A stretch of DNA of 64,000 nucleotides from Candidatus Poribacteria bacterium (GTDB taxonomy: Bacteria > Poribacteria > WGA-4E > WGA-3G), in assembly GCA_963663765.2 (NCBI GenBank), contig CAXXUA010000013.1, positions 448,001 through 512,000 of the forward strand. The letters are read 5' to 3'. How positions within the stretch are numbered: the first letter of the stretch is position 1; each line of letters opens with the position of its first letter. Shown one piece after another: positions 10,822-20,760 of the stretch. A program made the position numbers and the translations under genes. Under the pieces are notes generated by a model that worked only from the letters and a program-made list of their open reading frames with translations, was not told the DNA's origin and made no database searches.

Positions 10822-11247
10822 TTATTTATCCAATAATTTAATAATTTTTGCTACTCCTATACAAATTGTACCAGGAACGATGAACAGCATTGATAAACCG
10901 AATGTAACTACAAGTAGAAAACCTGAATTAAAAATAGGAATGTCTTCATTAATAATATTTACAAACATGAATACTCCAATCATAAATCCAAATATTACTG
11001 TTATTATGCCGATAATGTAATATCCATGTCCCGGTTTTCCACTTTCAATACCATTTCTGATGTATTCGTTAGTTATAGTAAGTGGGTCCTCAGTTGAAGC
11101 ATCTTCATTGGATTGCAGAGTATCTATAGTTTGCTTGTCTTCCTCACTTGGAACATAGTCATCATTACCAGGTTCTAGAGTAACATCACCGATCTTTATA
11201 GGTTGGGGTTCATCTCTTGAATCATCAGCATTATCATCGTTTTGCAT
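10822..11247 (-). CDS. Hypothetical membrane protein (acidic N-terminus, two TM helices) inside the atp operon
   Basis: 141-aa ORF, AT-rich relative to the flanking atp genes. Confidence 0.7.
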   Translation of the reverse strand: MQNDDNADDSRDEPQPIKIGDVTLEPGNDDYVPSEEDKQTIDTLQSNEDASTEDPLTITNEYIRNGIESGKPGHGYYIIGIITVIFGFMIGVFMFVNIINEDIPIFNSGFLLVVTFGLSMLFIVPGTICIGVAKIIKLLDK

Positions 11248-11269
11248 AATTGTATTCTCTTAAATTAAG

Positions 11270-11764
11270 TTAGAATGTGTTGATGACTTCTAATAACTTC
11301 GTAACAGAATCCTTACCAAAAATAGATACCTTTTTGATAATTTTTTTCATTGAAGGATCTGCCATCATGTCTGCTATTACCCTTTTATATTCACTGTCTC
11401 TTTTTGCTGAGTCACTTATTGAATCAATTTCCTCTAACCTATTTTCCCAATTTTGTGTTTTCGACTTTAAACGAAAGATATCATATCTTGTTAATCTTGT
11501 ATCAAAATCAAAGAGATTTACAAGGATATTCACCTCAGAGCTGGTATCATTTACATTAATTTCTGAAAACTTCAAGGAATCTATACAAAAATACCAAAGA
11601 GCAAAGGCAGTAAACCCAATTATTCAGGACTTACGCACCCAACGGTAAGCGCGCTGGGAACCGAAAAAATGCTGAAAATTACACCATTTTCGTCATAATA
11701 CTTCATCAAATCATGAAAACTGCGTAAGTCCTGATATTAAGACAATAACGTGTTTTATATTCAT
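11270..11764 (-). pseudogene. Hypothetical membrane-anchored protein interrupted by a MITE
   Basis: Removing 11624..11734 plus one TAT gives in-frame MNIKHVIVLIIGFTAFALWYFCIDSLKFSEIN... Confidence 0.75.
11624..11734. mobile_element. MITE family A, 111 bp, TCAGGACTTACGCA terminal inverted repeats, flanked by TAT
   Basis: Perfect 14-bp TIR; near-identical inverted copy at 39474..39595. Confidence 0.9.
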
Positions 11765-11778
11765 AGTATCATGTTTTC

Positions 11779-12321
11779 TTAATTGCCTTTTGCGAGTTGT
11801 CGTTTTAGGCGTTGGAGTTGCGTTGCGACACTTGCATCAAAAACGGTGTCACCTAACTGTACAACGAATCCACCTTGTATCTGTTTGTCTGTTTCGGTTT
11901 CCAACCGCACCTGTTTGCCTGAATATGCACTTAATTGTAGTATGAGTCGTTGTGTTTGGTCTTGTGAGATCGGCACAGCTGTCGTAACTTTTGCGACAAT
12001 CCTTCCGGCTGCTTCATCAACAATTGTAAAAAATACATCCATAATTGCACTAAGGTAACGTTCACGTTGTTTTTGTGCAAGGAGTTTTAAGAAATTTATC
12101 GTCAAAGTGTGCAAGCCTTCTGTGAATAGTTGTTGAAACAGGTCGCTTTTTAATTGAGGGGATAGCAGCGGGGAGTTAATAAACTCGCTGAATTCCTCAG
12201 ACTGTTCAGGCAACGCTTTCAGTGTTACCATGTCAGCCGCGATAGCAGGCAGTACATGCTGTTCTTTAGCTGCTTCGTATAATGCGCGAGCATAAGGTTT
12301 TGCGACTCGTATGTCTTTCAT
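11779..12321 (-). CDS. atpH: ATP synthase delta subunit
   Basis: VAKPYARAL...GG.VV..GD.V.DASV motifs. Confidence 0.96.
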   Translation of the reverse strand: MKDIRVAKPYARALYEAAKEQHVLPAIAADMVTLKALPEQSEEFSEFINSPLLSPQLKSDLFQQLFTEGLHTLTINFLKLLAQKQRERYLSAIMDVFFTIVDEAAGRIVAKVTTAVPISQDQTQRLILQLSAYSGKQVRLETETDKQIQGGFVVQLGDTVFDASVATQLQRLKRQLAKGN

Positions 12322-12366
12322 AGTTCGTTCTTCCCATAAAAAATGTTTTCAGTAAAAAGATATGAA

Positions 12367-12957
12367 CTACTGCTGCGAACCGTTTGACAACCTACTTATG
12401 GATGTATCAATGATATTCTGGTGTCTTTCTGGTGTTAATTCTGCGCTGATGATTTTGCTTGCGGCATCAATAGCGAGTTCAGCAACAACGCCTCTTAGTT
12501 CAGAGATAGCCTCATCTTTTTCACGTTGGATTTCTGCACGTGCTCTTGCTACTTCATCTTCAGCATCTTGTCGCGCTTGTGCAACGATTTGCTGCCGTTC
12601 TGTGTTTCCTTGTTCAATAGCGGCTTGGATTTTGGTTTGTGCTTCGTTTTCAATATCGCCTAATCTTTGGCGAGTTTCTGCGGTGAGTCTGTCTAATTCT
12701 TCGCGGTCGGTTTTGAGTTGTTCTAACTGATTATTGATATCAGAACGACGTTCCTCTAATAGTCCACCGACTTTACCGAAAACAGTCTTCCACAGTATTG
12801 CGATAACAATCAGAAATCCCAATGCTTGAACGAGGAGCGTTTTTGGGTCAATACCAAGATCAGACAGAAGTCCACCACCTGAGGGTGCATCGGCAGCGAA
12901 TACACTGGTAAGACAAGTTGCCATTAGAATGAAACAACATGCGGTTATTTTCTTCAT
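12367..12957 (-). CDS. atpF: ATP synthase b subunit
   Basis: TM helix plus coiled coil, operon position, signal-like N-terminal extension. Confidence 0.93.
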   Translation of the reverse strand: MKKITACCFILMATCLTSVFAADAPSGGGLLSDLGIDPKTLLVQALGFLIVIAILWKTVFGKVGGLLEERRSDINNQLEQLKTDREELDRLTAETRQRLGDIENEAQTKIQAAIEQGNTERQQIVAQARQDAEDEVARARAEIQREKDEAISELRGVVAELAIDAASKIISAELTPERHQNIIDTSISRLSNGSQQ

Positions 12958-13099
12958 AAACGGTCTCTGTTTTGTATGCCTACTGCGCGCAATCTATAAA
13001 TTTGGTATTGGAAAACAGCGCGCAATTTGCTGAAATACCTCAAGTTGTTGGGGCAATTTTACTGTTGTGATGCCCCAACTCGGTAGAGGTCTGAGTTTA

Positions 13100-13447
13100 T
13101 TATTGATCGTCTGCCTGTCCTTCTATTTCAACAATTGCACCGTGGTCGCTGGGTGCTTGTCTGGCAGCTTCTATTGCATCTTTCACTGTAATTGTGTTTT
13201 CTTTAACATCAACACCGGGGAGTTTTGGAAGCAAAAGAAAGAACATCAGCAACGAATAGATTACGAGTGATTCAATGAGAGCTAAACCGATAATCATTGC
13301 AGTTTGAATTTTCGCTGCTGACTCAGGTTGACGTGCGATTCCTTCAAGTGCGGTACTTGTTGCGGCACCTTGTGCCCTTGAGGCAAAAATGACAGCGATT
13401 GGCAAACCCAAAGTTACACCAAAAGCTAACACTGCTAAGTAAATCAT
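13100..13447 (-). CDS. atpE: ATP synthase c subunit with about 40-aa C-terminal extension
   Basis: ARQPE loop and IESLVIY; AGGAGG RBS precedes the ATG at 13447. Confidence 0.93.
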   Translation of the reverse strand: MIYLAVLAFGVTLGLPIAVIFASRAQGAATSTALEGIARQPESAAKIQTAMIIGLALIESLVIYSLLMFFLLLPKLPGVDVKENTITVKDAIEAARQAPSDHGAIVEIEGQADDQ

Positions 13448-13501
13448 AGAATGTCCTCCTTGGACAGAAATCGGCAAGTATTTTCTTGCCACATGTAAGA
13501 T

Positions 13502-14386
13502 TTAATGATGCGCTTCATGCGCGTCGTCAGAATGTTCAATAAATAGCACTATATATATAGTGGTTAATAGGGTAAAAACAAACGCTTGTAGAAGACCTCC
13601 GAACATCGCAAAAAATACCATCGGTACCTGCACGGGTATTGGTAGAAAAAAGGAACCAACAGATATAGCTCCAAGCAATGTAAGTTGAATTACGACAGAT
13701 TTTTCACCGAAAATATTCCCAAATAATCGTATAGCGAGAGAACCTGCGCGTGATAATTGCCCTACCACCTCAATTGGGAACATAAGAAAACCTAACCAGA
13801 GCGGATTCCCAATAAGATGCTTGAGATATCCGACAAACCCATTCTCTTTGATAGCGATAATTTGAACACCAACCACTGCAGTTATCCCAAGTGAGAGCGT
13901 TGTATTTAGATCTGCTGTTGGGGCTTGGAAACCGGGAATGAGACCGATATAGTTTAGGGAGAGAATGATAATGAAAAATGAACCAACGAAAGGAAGATAT
14001 TTTTTGCCGTGGTCCCCAAGAACCCCCCCAAAGAAATCCATTATGGTACCAACAAACAACTCCAATAGAGTCTGACCGTTTCCTTCAGGAATTCGTTTGA
14101 GTTTTCGGGTTACTAAAATGAAGAAAATGATTAAGAATAGAACTACAAAGTATGTATTAGGAATAAGGTCTGGTTGATGCCATCTACCAGATTCTGGGAA
14201 AATATTATCTGGTAATAACTGTGAGATAGGAGAGAACCAAGAACGGTAACCGTAATGATGGATGGTGGCTTTACCATGGTCATCGGAATGGGATTCGGGT
14301 GAGGATACGTCCTCAGCTGCGAATGTCACTGTCCCTATAATGAGACAGAGTCCAACAACCATACAAATAAACGATATTTTTTTCAT
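13502..14386 (-). CDS. atpB: ATP synthase a subunit
   Basis: PTADLN.T, SLAIRLFGNI and LQAFVF.LL motifs. Confidence 0.97.
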   Translation of the reverse strand: MKKISFICMVVGLCLIIGTVTFAAEDVSSPESHSDDHGKATIHHYGYRSWFSPISQLLPDNIFPESGRWHQPDLIPNTYFVVLFLIIFFILVTRKLKRIPEGNGQTLLELFVGTIMDFFGGVLGDHGKKYLPFVGSFFIIILSLNYIGLIPGFQAPTADLNTTLSLGITAVVGVQIIAIKENGFVGYLKHLIGNPLWLGFLMFPIEVVGQLSRAGSLAIRLFGNIFGEKSVVIQLTLLGAISVGSFFLPIPVQVPMVFFAMFGGLLQAFVFTLLTTIYIVLFIEHSDDAHEAHH

Positions 14387-14395
14387 GTTATATTG

Positions 14396-15112
14396 TTAAC
14401 TTCTCTTATGTGAGTGATTTAAAGTAGTATTTGTGCATTCTCCAGATATTGATAACTTTAGTTGATTATCATGACCATCCACTTCAACCTCAGAACAGTC
14501 TTTTTCAGTCCCTCCTGCTTTACGTAAATCCAAAGCAAGTTTCTCAAGTTGACATGCAACTACTTCAGGATCCACTTCTAATCCTTGAAGAATGAGTTGG
14601 TAAGTGAGATCTTCCCAGTTTTGGCATCTTGCCCACGCACGTTTACAAATTGCAAGCCAAATATCAAATGGAAGGGGAAGCAATAAAGGATGAGGCTTAT
14701 CAAAACGGATACCCGCCGAAACACTAAGTGCCTCCCTTATTGACTTATTTTCCTTAAGAACAAGATTGACGACATTTCCACTTTCTGCTGCCGTAAAACT
14801 TTCTGTCTCTATAATCGCTATAGCTAATAACCATTGATCTTTTTCGTTCTCAAGCTTAAGAATTTGCTCACCTTGCCCAATATCGATCTGTCCTTCGTCA
14901 ATTTTCCACCGAATGCCTGCTGGCAATTGAAAGAAACGATGTCTAACACTCCAGAATTTGTCTGACCTACCAAACTCTTGTGCAATTGAGGCATAAGTGC
15001 CGAATGTTTCATATAAGATATCCACGGCCTGACCGATTTCCGATGGTTTCCTTTCTATATGGGTACTCAAGATTTCTCTCGCGTTTTTTTCATCCATCAG
15101 TATATTGTTCAC
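14396..15112 (-). CDS. ParB-like HTH protein lacking the N-terminal CTPase domain
   Basis: ASIAQEFGRSDKFWS...QLP..I...I..GQI..G.G...L.L pattern of the ParB central domain; RHH-like C-terminal segment. Confidence 0.65.
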   Translation of the reverse strand: MNNILMDEKNAREILSTHIERKPSEIGQAVDILYETFGTYASIAQEFGRSDKFWSVRHRFFQLPAGIRWKIDEGQIDIGQGEQILKLENEKDQWLLAIAIIETESFTAAESGNVVNLVLKENKSIREALSVSAGIRFDKPHPLLLPLPFDIWLAICKRAWARCQNWEDLTYQLILQGLEVDPEVVACQLEKLALDLRKAGGTEKDCSEVEVDGHDNQLKLSISGECTNTTLNHSHKRS

Positions 15113-15957
15113 CTCTTCAGAGTCTCTCCTACCATATGACCTATTATTTCCGCTTCACTCTCTAATCCTCTTTCCTGACCCCATGTAAGTAAATCGTCGT
15201 ACAATTCCATTGGAATAGCATATTCAACAATACGCTTGGCCTCCTTGTTTCTTTTTACTACCTCGGAAGTCAGATCAGCAATAGAGGATTCATGACCCAA
15301 CTTTTGCAATGCTCCAACCGCATGGTCTCGATCACCCCTATCAAGACTAAGAAGCCATGAAGCTCGTTCATCCATTGCTTCTTGGGACTCTTTAAAACGA
15401 TTTGCATCATAAGTATTGCGTACAAGTGGGTCTACTAATTTTTGCGGAAATATTCCCTGGTCTACCATCTCTTTTACAGATTCAGGTAAAACAACTAAGC
15501 GATAATATCCCATGACAGTGTTGACTGTTACACCAAGATACTTCGAAGCGAGTCCAAGCGCCTCGTTTGCAGTATGACCAGACCCACTGTAACGTTTGAA
15601 GATTTTTTCTGTCCAGTATGCCTTGTCGCTAGGAGCAAGATCTCCACGTATCTCATTTTCGAGCCATGATCTTTGAATTGCCTCGTCGTCATCCAATTCA
15701 AGAATAAAAGCTGGGATTTCTTTCAAATCAATTGCTAAACATGCCTTTAATCTGCATTGCCCTGTAACATTCTCATAGTCATATTCAGACTTAGAGTCGG
15801 GGTGGGGTCGAACGATAATCGGTTGATCTGGCCAATAACCATGTTCCTGGATAGAAACTTTCACTTTCTCAACATTTTCTTCCACACCCTGCCGGCGTAC
15901 ATTGATCGTGCTATTCGGATCTATACGTTTTACGTCAATTATCTGAACTGTATTCAT
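15109..15957 (-). CDS. ParB/Srx N-terminal domain protein with HTH
   Basis: SIQEHG...PIIVRP...TGQCRLKA...IPAFI...LENEIR.DL motif; AAGGAG RBS. Confidence 0.85.
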   Translation of the reverse strand: MNTVQIIDVKRIDPNSTINVRRQGVEENVEKVKVSIQEHGYWPDQPIIVRPHPDSKSEYDYENVTGQCRLKACLAIDLKEIPAFILELDDDEAIQRSWLENEIRGDLAPSDKAYWTEKIFKRYSGSGHTANEALGLASKYLGVTVNTVMGYYRLVVLPESVKEMVDQGIFPQKLVDPLVRNTYDANRFKESQEAMDERASWLLSLDRGDRDHAVGALQKLGHESSIADLTSEVVKRNKEAKRIVEYAIPMELYDDLLTWGQERGLESEAEIIGHMVGETLKR

Positions 15958-16118
15958 TATTACTCCTTAGATAAAGGTTCAACGAATATCCGTTATATTT
16001 GGTGTTCCAACGCTTTCTTCTTATAAAACAAAAGTCAAACACATACTAAACTTTAGAAACAGGCTCCCAATATTAGGTTTACTTCCTGAATTTATGAAAG
16101 TAAATTTGGTTAGGTTTT

Positions 16119-16526
16119 TTAAGGTTGGTCAGGATCCTTTTTTCTAAGTATTGTTATCATTAGACCGACCGCTTTGAGAATAATTGCCCCCTGTACTAAG
16201 ACAATCCCACCTGCAAACGCTTCAACTACCATCCAGTCCATTCTAAATAAGAAAAAGAGAAGTAGACCGAGTACAGTGTATTTTCCAAGAGCTACGAAGC
16301 CGAGTAAGTACTTTGTTTTTTGCGTTTTACCTGGACGTAACATCCTACGGATTACGAATTCAATAGACCAGAACAGACTCAGACCGATGACACTACCGAT
16401 TAGAAAACTGGGGAGTGTAGCACGTTTGTAGATGAACAAAACTAGCCCGATTCCAACGGCAAGTGAAATTGTTACAATATAAATTTGTCGGATAAACCGG
16501 TCACCAAATTCAAGTGTAGGACCCAT
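16119..16526 (-). CDS. atpI: ATP synthase protein I (4 TM)
   Basis: Hydrophobic 135-aa protein at the head of the operon. Confidence 0.75.
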   Translation of the reverse strand: MGPTLEFGDRFIRQIYIVTISLAVGIGLVLFIYKRATLPSFLIGSVIGLSLFWSIEFVIRRMLRPGKTQKTKYLLGFVALGKYTVLGLLLFFLFRMDWMVVEAFAGGIVLVQGAIILKAVGLMITILRKKDPDQP

Positions 16527-16581
16527 TTGCTCAGGTCACTCCTTTGTTGAAAAATTAGTGTGATTCCAGGATACGTATGTT

Positions 16582-16875
16582 TTATTCTCCTTCATTGTCT
16601 TTTGCTTGTTTTGCAGTGTCACGTTGTTGTTTTTCCATGCGTTCCATTTTCCGGTTCCAACGTGCGACTGATCGAAACATCTGTGTGAATCCAGCGGTGA
16701 CTCCAACTGCAAACCCAATGTATGATCCAATGTCTTCGCTGCCTAATTGCCCTCCAATCCATTTTCCCCCGAAGTAACCAATAACAATAGCGAGAGCAAG
16801 CGTAATTCCAATGGAAGCGAGGTCAAACATGCCTATATTTTCATGTTTGAATTGATCTAACCGTCGTTTAAACAT
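16582..16875 (-). CDS. atpZ: AtpZ/AtpI-family protein
   Basis: IGITLALAIVIGYFGG.W...G...G..AGF pattern; first gene of the operon. Confidence 0.75.
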   Translation of the reverse strand: MFKRRLDQFKHENIGMFDLASIGITLALAIVIGYFGGKWIGGQLGSEDIGSYIGFAVGVTAGFTQMFRSVARWNRKMERMEKQQRDTAKQAKDNEGE

Positions 16876-16939
16876 ATCGGGTGCTCCCTCAAAATGAAAA
16901 CGGTGTCAGAACTTATCACCTCTTTAAGCAACGGTATAA

Positions 16940-16968
16940 ATTATACTACAAGATTTGCGTTAATGCAA
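16940..16968 (-). promoter_or_regulatory. Putative atp operon promoter TTGCAT-N17-TATAAT
   Basis: Minus-strand hexamers with 17-bp spacing. Confidence 0.55.
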
Positions 16969-16998
16969 AATATTTGAAACAATTTCTTTACTAAAATT

Positions 16999-18435
16999 TC
17001 ATTTTACTTGTATCAGAACTGCCCAATGTGCATTGGCAGGTTGTGATAACGTTATGCTATCACTGTATGGAATTTCTTTTTCCAGTGTCCATTGACTTTT
17101 GCGGATATTTAGCCATCTCATAGTTATTGATTTTTTATCAGTGTTCTTGTCAACACTCAGATCGAGATCTACCGAACCACCTTTTGGGAAATAGATAGCG
17201 TATTCTTTCCCAGGAGTTGCGATACCATAAGCTTCATTTTCTTCTCTGTTTGAGAGTAGTTTATTGTTGGGTTCACATTTGAACACGTTCATTTCGTCCG
17301 TGATCATTCGCATGCTTTTGAGATGTGCTTGTGCGATTTCGGTGAGTCCAACGCCGCTATCTGGACGGTGAAACCGTGCTGATGCAAACCCACCGAAAAT
17401 GTTTCTCCAAAATCGTTCTAAACCATCACGCGTACTACCGAAGCGTCCACCATCTGCCCCGTAAATCTTAATGTTATTGATGGGACGAATAGGGGAAAGT
17501 TTTGCGCGTATTTTTTGTGCGTTATCCCAATGCCGCTGTCGTTTTTGATGGTTGTTTTGCGATATATCGCAGAAGGAGTAGGTTTCAGGATGATCAAAAG
17601 TGGCTTTGTGTTTCTTATCGGATAGGTCCCACGGGTCCCACATTTCAGTTGTTTCAACGGCACGTCCTACTTCCTTTGCTTTTTTCTGTATGTATGTTGC
17701 CCAGTATTCACCCCATGCGGCAGTGACTGCAGTTTCGTTGTCCATGCAGTAGAGTATTTGTCCGTAGGGTAATGTCTCCTCAAGAAGTTTATCCACAAAC
17801 TTTTCCTGATATTTCAGAACGGTCTTTTGATTACGTTCTTTCGGGACAGACCAGAAAAAATTGTTTTTTGTTGCAACAGGATGGCTATTTACAACTGTTG
17901 GTAAGCCTGTTTCTTCAGCAGTGTAATTGCTGTTGTTTTTTGGATTGAAGGGGTTCTCATCCCACGATTCTCGGTAATAGGTGAAGGTTCCCCAGACTTC
18001 AATTTGAACGATAATGTCCATCTCGTGTGTCCACTTAATGAAGTTCCGAAAATTGTTCCAAAATTCCTCGTTCCATTGATTTAAGTCATACTTCTCACCG
18101 ACTTTTTTGAACGGTGGTATGTTTCCTTCATCATTCCATCCCATTGTAGAACGCACATAGTTGCCTCCTACAGACTGCAACAACTCCAGATGTTCTCTAA
18201 GGTTCGGTATCTGAAATAAGTTGTCTTCAACTGAACCTCCAATGAGTAGAATTGGTTTGCCTTTGTATTGCCAGTAACGTGGGTTTTCAGAATAGATTTT
18301 GATACGATTTTCTTCCATATTATTTTCCTTTTCGGCTGTAATTTCCAGTGCTGCAATTGAGCAAATGGATACAAGTATGAGTAAAGTCAACACGAGTTTG
18401 TTGTATGTAAAATCTGTCTTGAACAGACACTTCAT
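16999..18435 (-). CDS. Secreted glycoside-hydrolase-like protein with a C-terminal beta-sandwich
   Basis: Signal peptide; NPRYWQYKGKPILLIGG and DNET motifs; C-terminal collagen-binding-like domain (inference). Confidence 0.6.
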   Translation of the reverse strand: MKCLFKTDFTYNKLVLTLLILVSICSIAALEITAEKENNMEENRIKIYSENPRYWQYKGKPILLIGGSVEDNLFQIPNLREHLELLQSVGGNYVRSTMGWNDEGNIPPFKKVGEKYDLNQWNEEFWNNFRNFIKWTHEMDIIVQIEVWGTFTYYRESWDENPFNPKNNSNYTAEETGLPTVVNSHPVATKNNFFWSVPKERNQKTVLKYQEKFVDKLLEETLPYGQILYCMDNETAVTAAWGEYWATYIQKKAKEVGRAVETTEMWDPWDLSDKKHKATFDHPETYSFCDISQNNHQKRQRHWDNAQKIRAKLSPIRPINNIKIYGADGGRFGSTRDGLERFWRNIFGGFASARFHRPDSGVGLTEIAQAHLKSMRMITDEMNVFKCEPNNKLLSNREENEAYGIATPGKEYAIYFPKGGSVDLDLSVDKNTDKKSITMRWLNIRKSQWTLEKEIPYSDSITLSQPANAHWAVLIQVK

Positions 18436-18646
18436 AAATAATCTCCTGAAGGATTAGGTTGTATGGTGTCATAGCAATCGTTTTACGTTGAGAACCGACA
18501 TATATATATTGTAACATAAGATTATTCAGGATACCAATTCAATAATGGTCTTCATGCCACGTATGTGATATGATATGCCGATTATGGTTAATCCTTTCAA
18601 AGGCTGTTGTTAAACATTTTTTTGATTTCAATTTTGTTTATATTTG

Positions 18647-19746
18647 TTACTCGCTATTGTTTCCACCAAGGTGCAAGTCTGGGTGGTGTACTATAACCAA
18701 GTTTTTCTCCTCGGCAATACTCACTAAGTTTTCTCCCAAATATTTCAATTTTTTGCCGTGTCTTTGAGGACTTTCCCCAGCGATACCAAAATCGAAAAAT
18801 GAGCGCAAAAAGTCTCGGATCAACATCTTGAGATTCAATATTGAGTCCTAATTCCTCTTCTATTTGTAAACGCCAATATTTTGCAGTAGGGGACAATGCA
18901 GGTTTAATCTGCTCAAAGACAGCAGAAATTTGAAATAGATCACGGGTTTGTAAAGCTTCTTTATAGACTTGCCGGCAACTTTGTTCTTGTTGGGCAATTT
19001 CGTAGGTCCATGCAGCGTGATTACGAACCCACCAACTTGGATCGTTTGATTTCAAATTTTCTAGCAATACAATAGCATCGTCGAATCCAAACCATGGTAA
19101 AATTGAAACACCCAGATTACGCTCTTTTGCATAATGACTCGTTATATATTCCTGTATTACATAATTCCTCTTTACCCCCTCCAGCCAAAGCAGCAATTGT
19201 CATAAACATAATTTCTTCATCGTTTTGACATTCCTCTAAAATAGTGCGCCTAATCAGAACATGTTCTGGTGTGTTACACTGCTCTACTTTCCATAGTTGT
19301 GCGATGAAAGTCTCAATTCCATATTGGTTATAATAAATCGTTCTAATCCTTTCGGCACTCCATTTTTGGTAGAATCTCATTGCCCTTTCAGCATGGTGAC
19401 GTAGTAATAAGCAAAGGATAGTATTAGTATAATCACTCAATATTTGGTGAAACTGTGGAGAATTAACAAGTCCTATGAGGTATTCAGCAGATAATTGTAG
19501 GAATTCTTACTTATTTTGTTCAGCCCAAGTTTGTAAGACCTTTGTATTGATTGAAAACCGAATTTCTTCAATAGTCTTAAGATTATGTCGTATTACCTTG
19601 AAGAATTGAACATATTCGTCCCATAAGTTCGCTTCCCCAACGAGATAGATCCTCACATCGATCTTGAACGCAGATGTAAGAACCCACAATTTCCAAAGGT
19701 AGCAATGGTACAAGATTCTCATACTCAGGAATATCTTTAATTTCAT
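18647..19746 (-). pseudogene. Degraded 3' part of a large helical-repeat (HEAT-like) protein gene
   Basis: ORFs 19507..19746 and 19117..19440 share a frame across one stop; a frameshift leads into 18654..19196. Confidence 0.55.
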
Positions 19747-19799
19747 AAAATGGTAGTGAAAGTTTTACACTTTCTTTACGAACTCATAGCGAGTAACAT

Positions 19800-20018
19800 C
19801 TAAGAATCGTTGAAAGTTACCCGAAAATTTATCATTGAATATGCTAGATTACGAAAACCTAAACGGGTTTCTTTGAGTTTATCATAACTTAGAGCGAGTC
19901 TTCGGTAAGTATCTTGCCACCCGAAAGTTCGCTCTACTTTATACCGTTCTTTGTATATATCTTTTCTAAACCACCGGAAGTTGCGCAATTGGAAACAAGG
20001 TTTTAGCGATCTAGTCAT
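19800..20018 (-). mobile_element. IS5-family transposase C-terminal remnant
   Basis: YKERYKVERTFGW...RRL...YDK motif. Confidence 0.75.
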
Positions 20019-20108
20019 GAAAATCTGTTGTGGATTACATAATTTTCGTCTAAACTTCAGACCTTGGTGTTATGATAAACATTTCGATTAAACTTATATA
20101 ATGTCTAA

Positions 20109-20452
20109 CAATACCTTCGCCATTTTTGAGTGCTTCAGTTGAATGAGTATATAGTGTTGATCTACCATTGCTCTGTGATATTGTTAGGATTACATAAATA
20201 AAAATAACTTCAGGTTTTCGTTGAAGTATTTTTAATTATCATAGCGTCTAATTTGACGATAGAATCTGACAGAATAATTTATATGCACAATCTGGAAGAA
20301 TGTGCTACAACTGACCGCACAATCTGGAAGAATGTGCTACAACTGACCGCACAATCTGGAAGAATGTGCTACAACTGACCGCACAATCTGGAAGAATGTG
20401 CTACAACTGACCGCACAATCTGGAAGAATGTCTATTATTGGCGAAGGTATTG
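20109..20452. mobile_element. MITE family E: 14-bp TIR CAATACCTTCGCCA and 6-bp target duplication GTCTAA
   Basis: TIRs at 20109-20122 and 20439-20452; GTCTAA at 20103-20108 and 20453-20458. Confidence 0.85.
20285..20431. repeat. Perfect tandem array, 4.6 copies of a 32-bp unit (gcacaatctggaagaatgtgctacaactgacc)
   Basis: Units start at 20285, 20317, 20349, 20381 and 20413 (partial). Confidence 0.97.
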
Positions 20453-20491
20453 GTCTAATAGAAAAGGTATCATAAACTCTGTCAATGATGT

Positions 20492-20697
20492 CGGTGTGTA
20501 AAGTATTTGGTTTATGTGTTGTCAGAATTACGGATTACACAGATTTCTGGAATATTACGGATAAGGGTTCATACGCATGTTTAATGCTTTTAATAAACGT
20601 TATCTAAGCAATACGACCAGGTGCAATAGTCTTCTCCGCGTGATCCGTGTAATCAGCGTAATCCGAGATTCTGTCTGCGAAAAAACTATACACACCC
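20492..20697. mobile_element. MITE family C-like element with internal inverted repeats
   Basis: cggtgtgtaaagt...actatacacaccc ends resemble 1657..1837. Confidence 0.55.
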
Positions 20698-20760
20698 TGT
20701 ACATACGAAACTCACCTAAATGTGTGTACTAAATCCAAAATATGAACAAATGCATACCAA

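Noticed and set aside
13448-13492. N-terminal extension of AtpE
   Set aside because: A strong AGGAGG RBS lies within it, just before the ATG at 13447.
14396-15957. Prophage or plasmid partition locus
   Set aside because: No parA, replication, integrase or phage genes are adjacent.
20285-20431. CRISPR array
   Set aside because: The units are contiguous and identical with no unique spacers, and there are no cas genes in the window.
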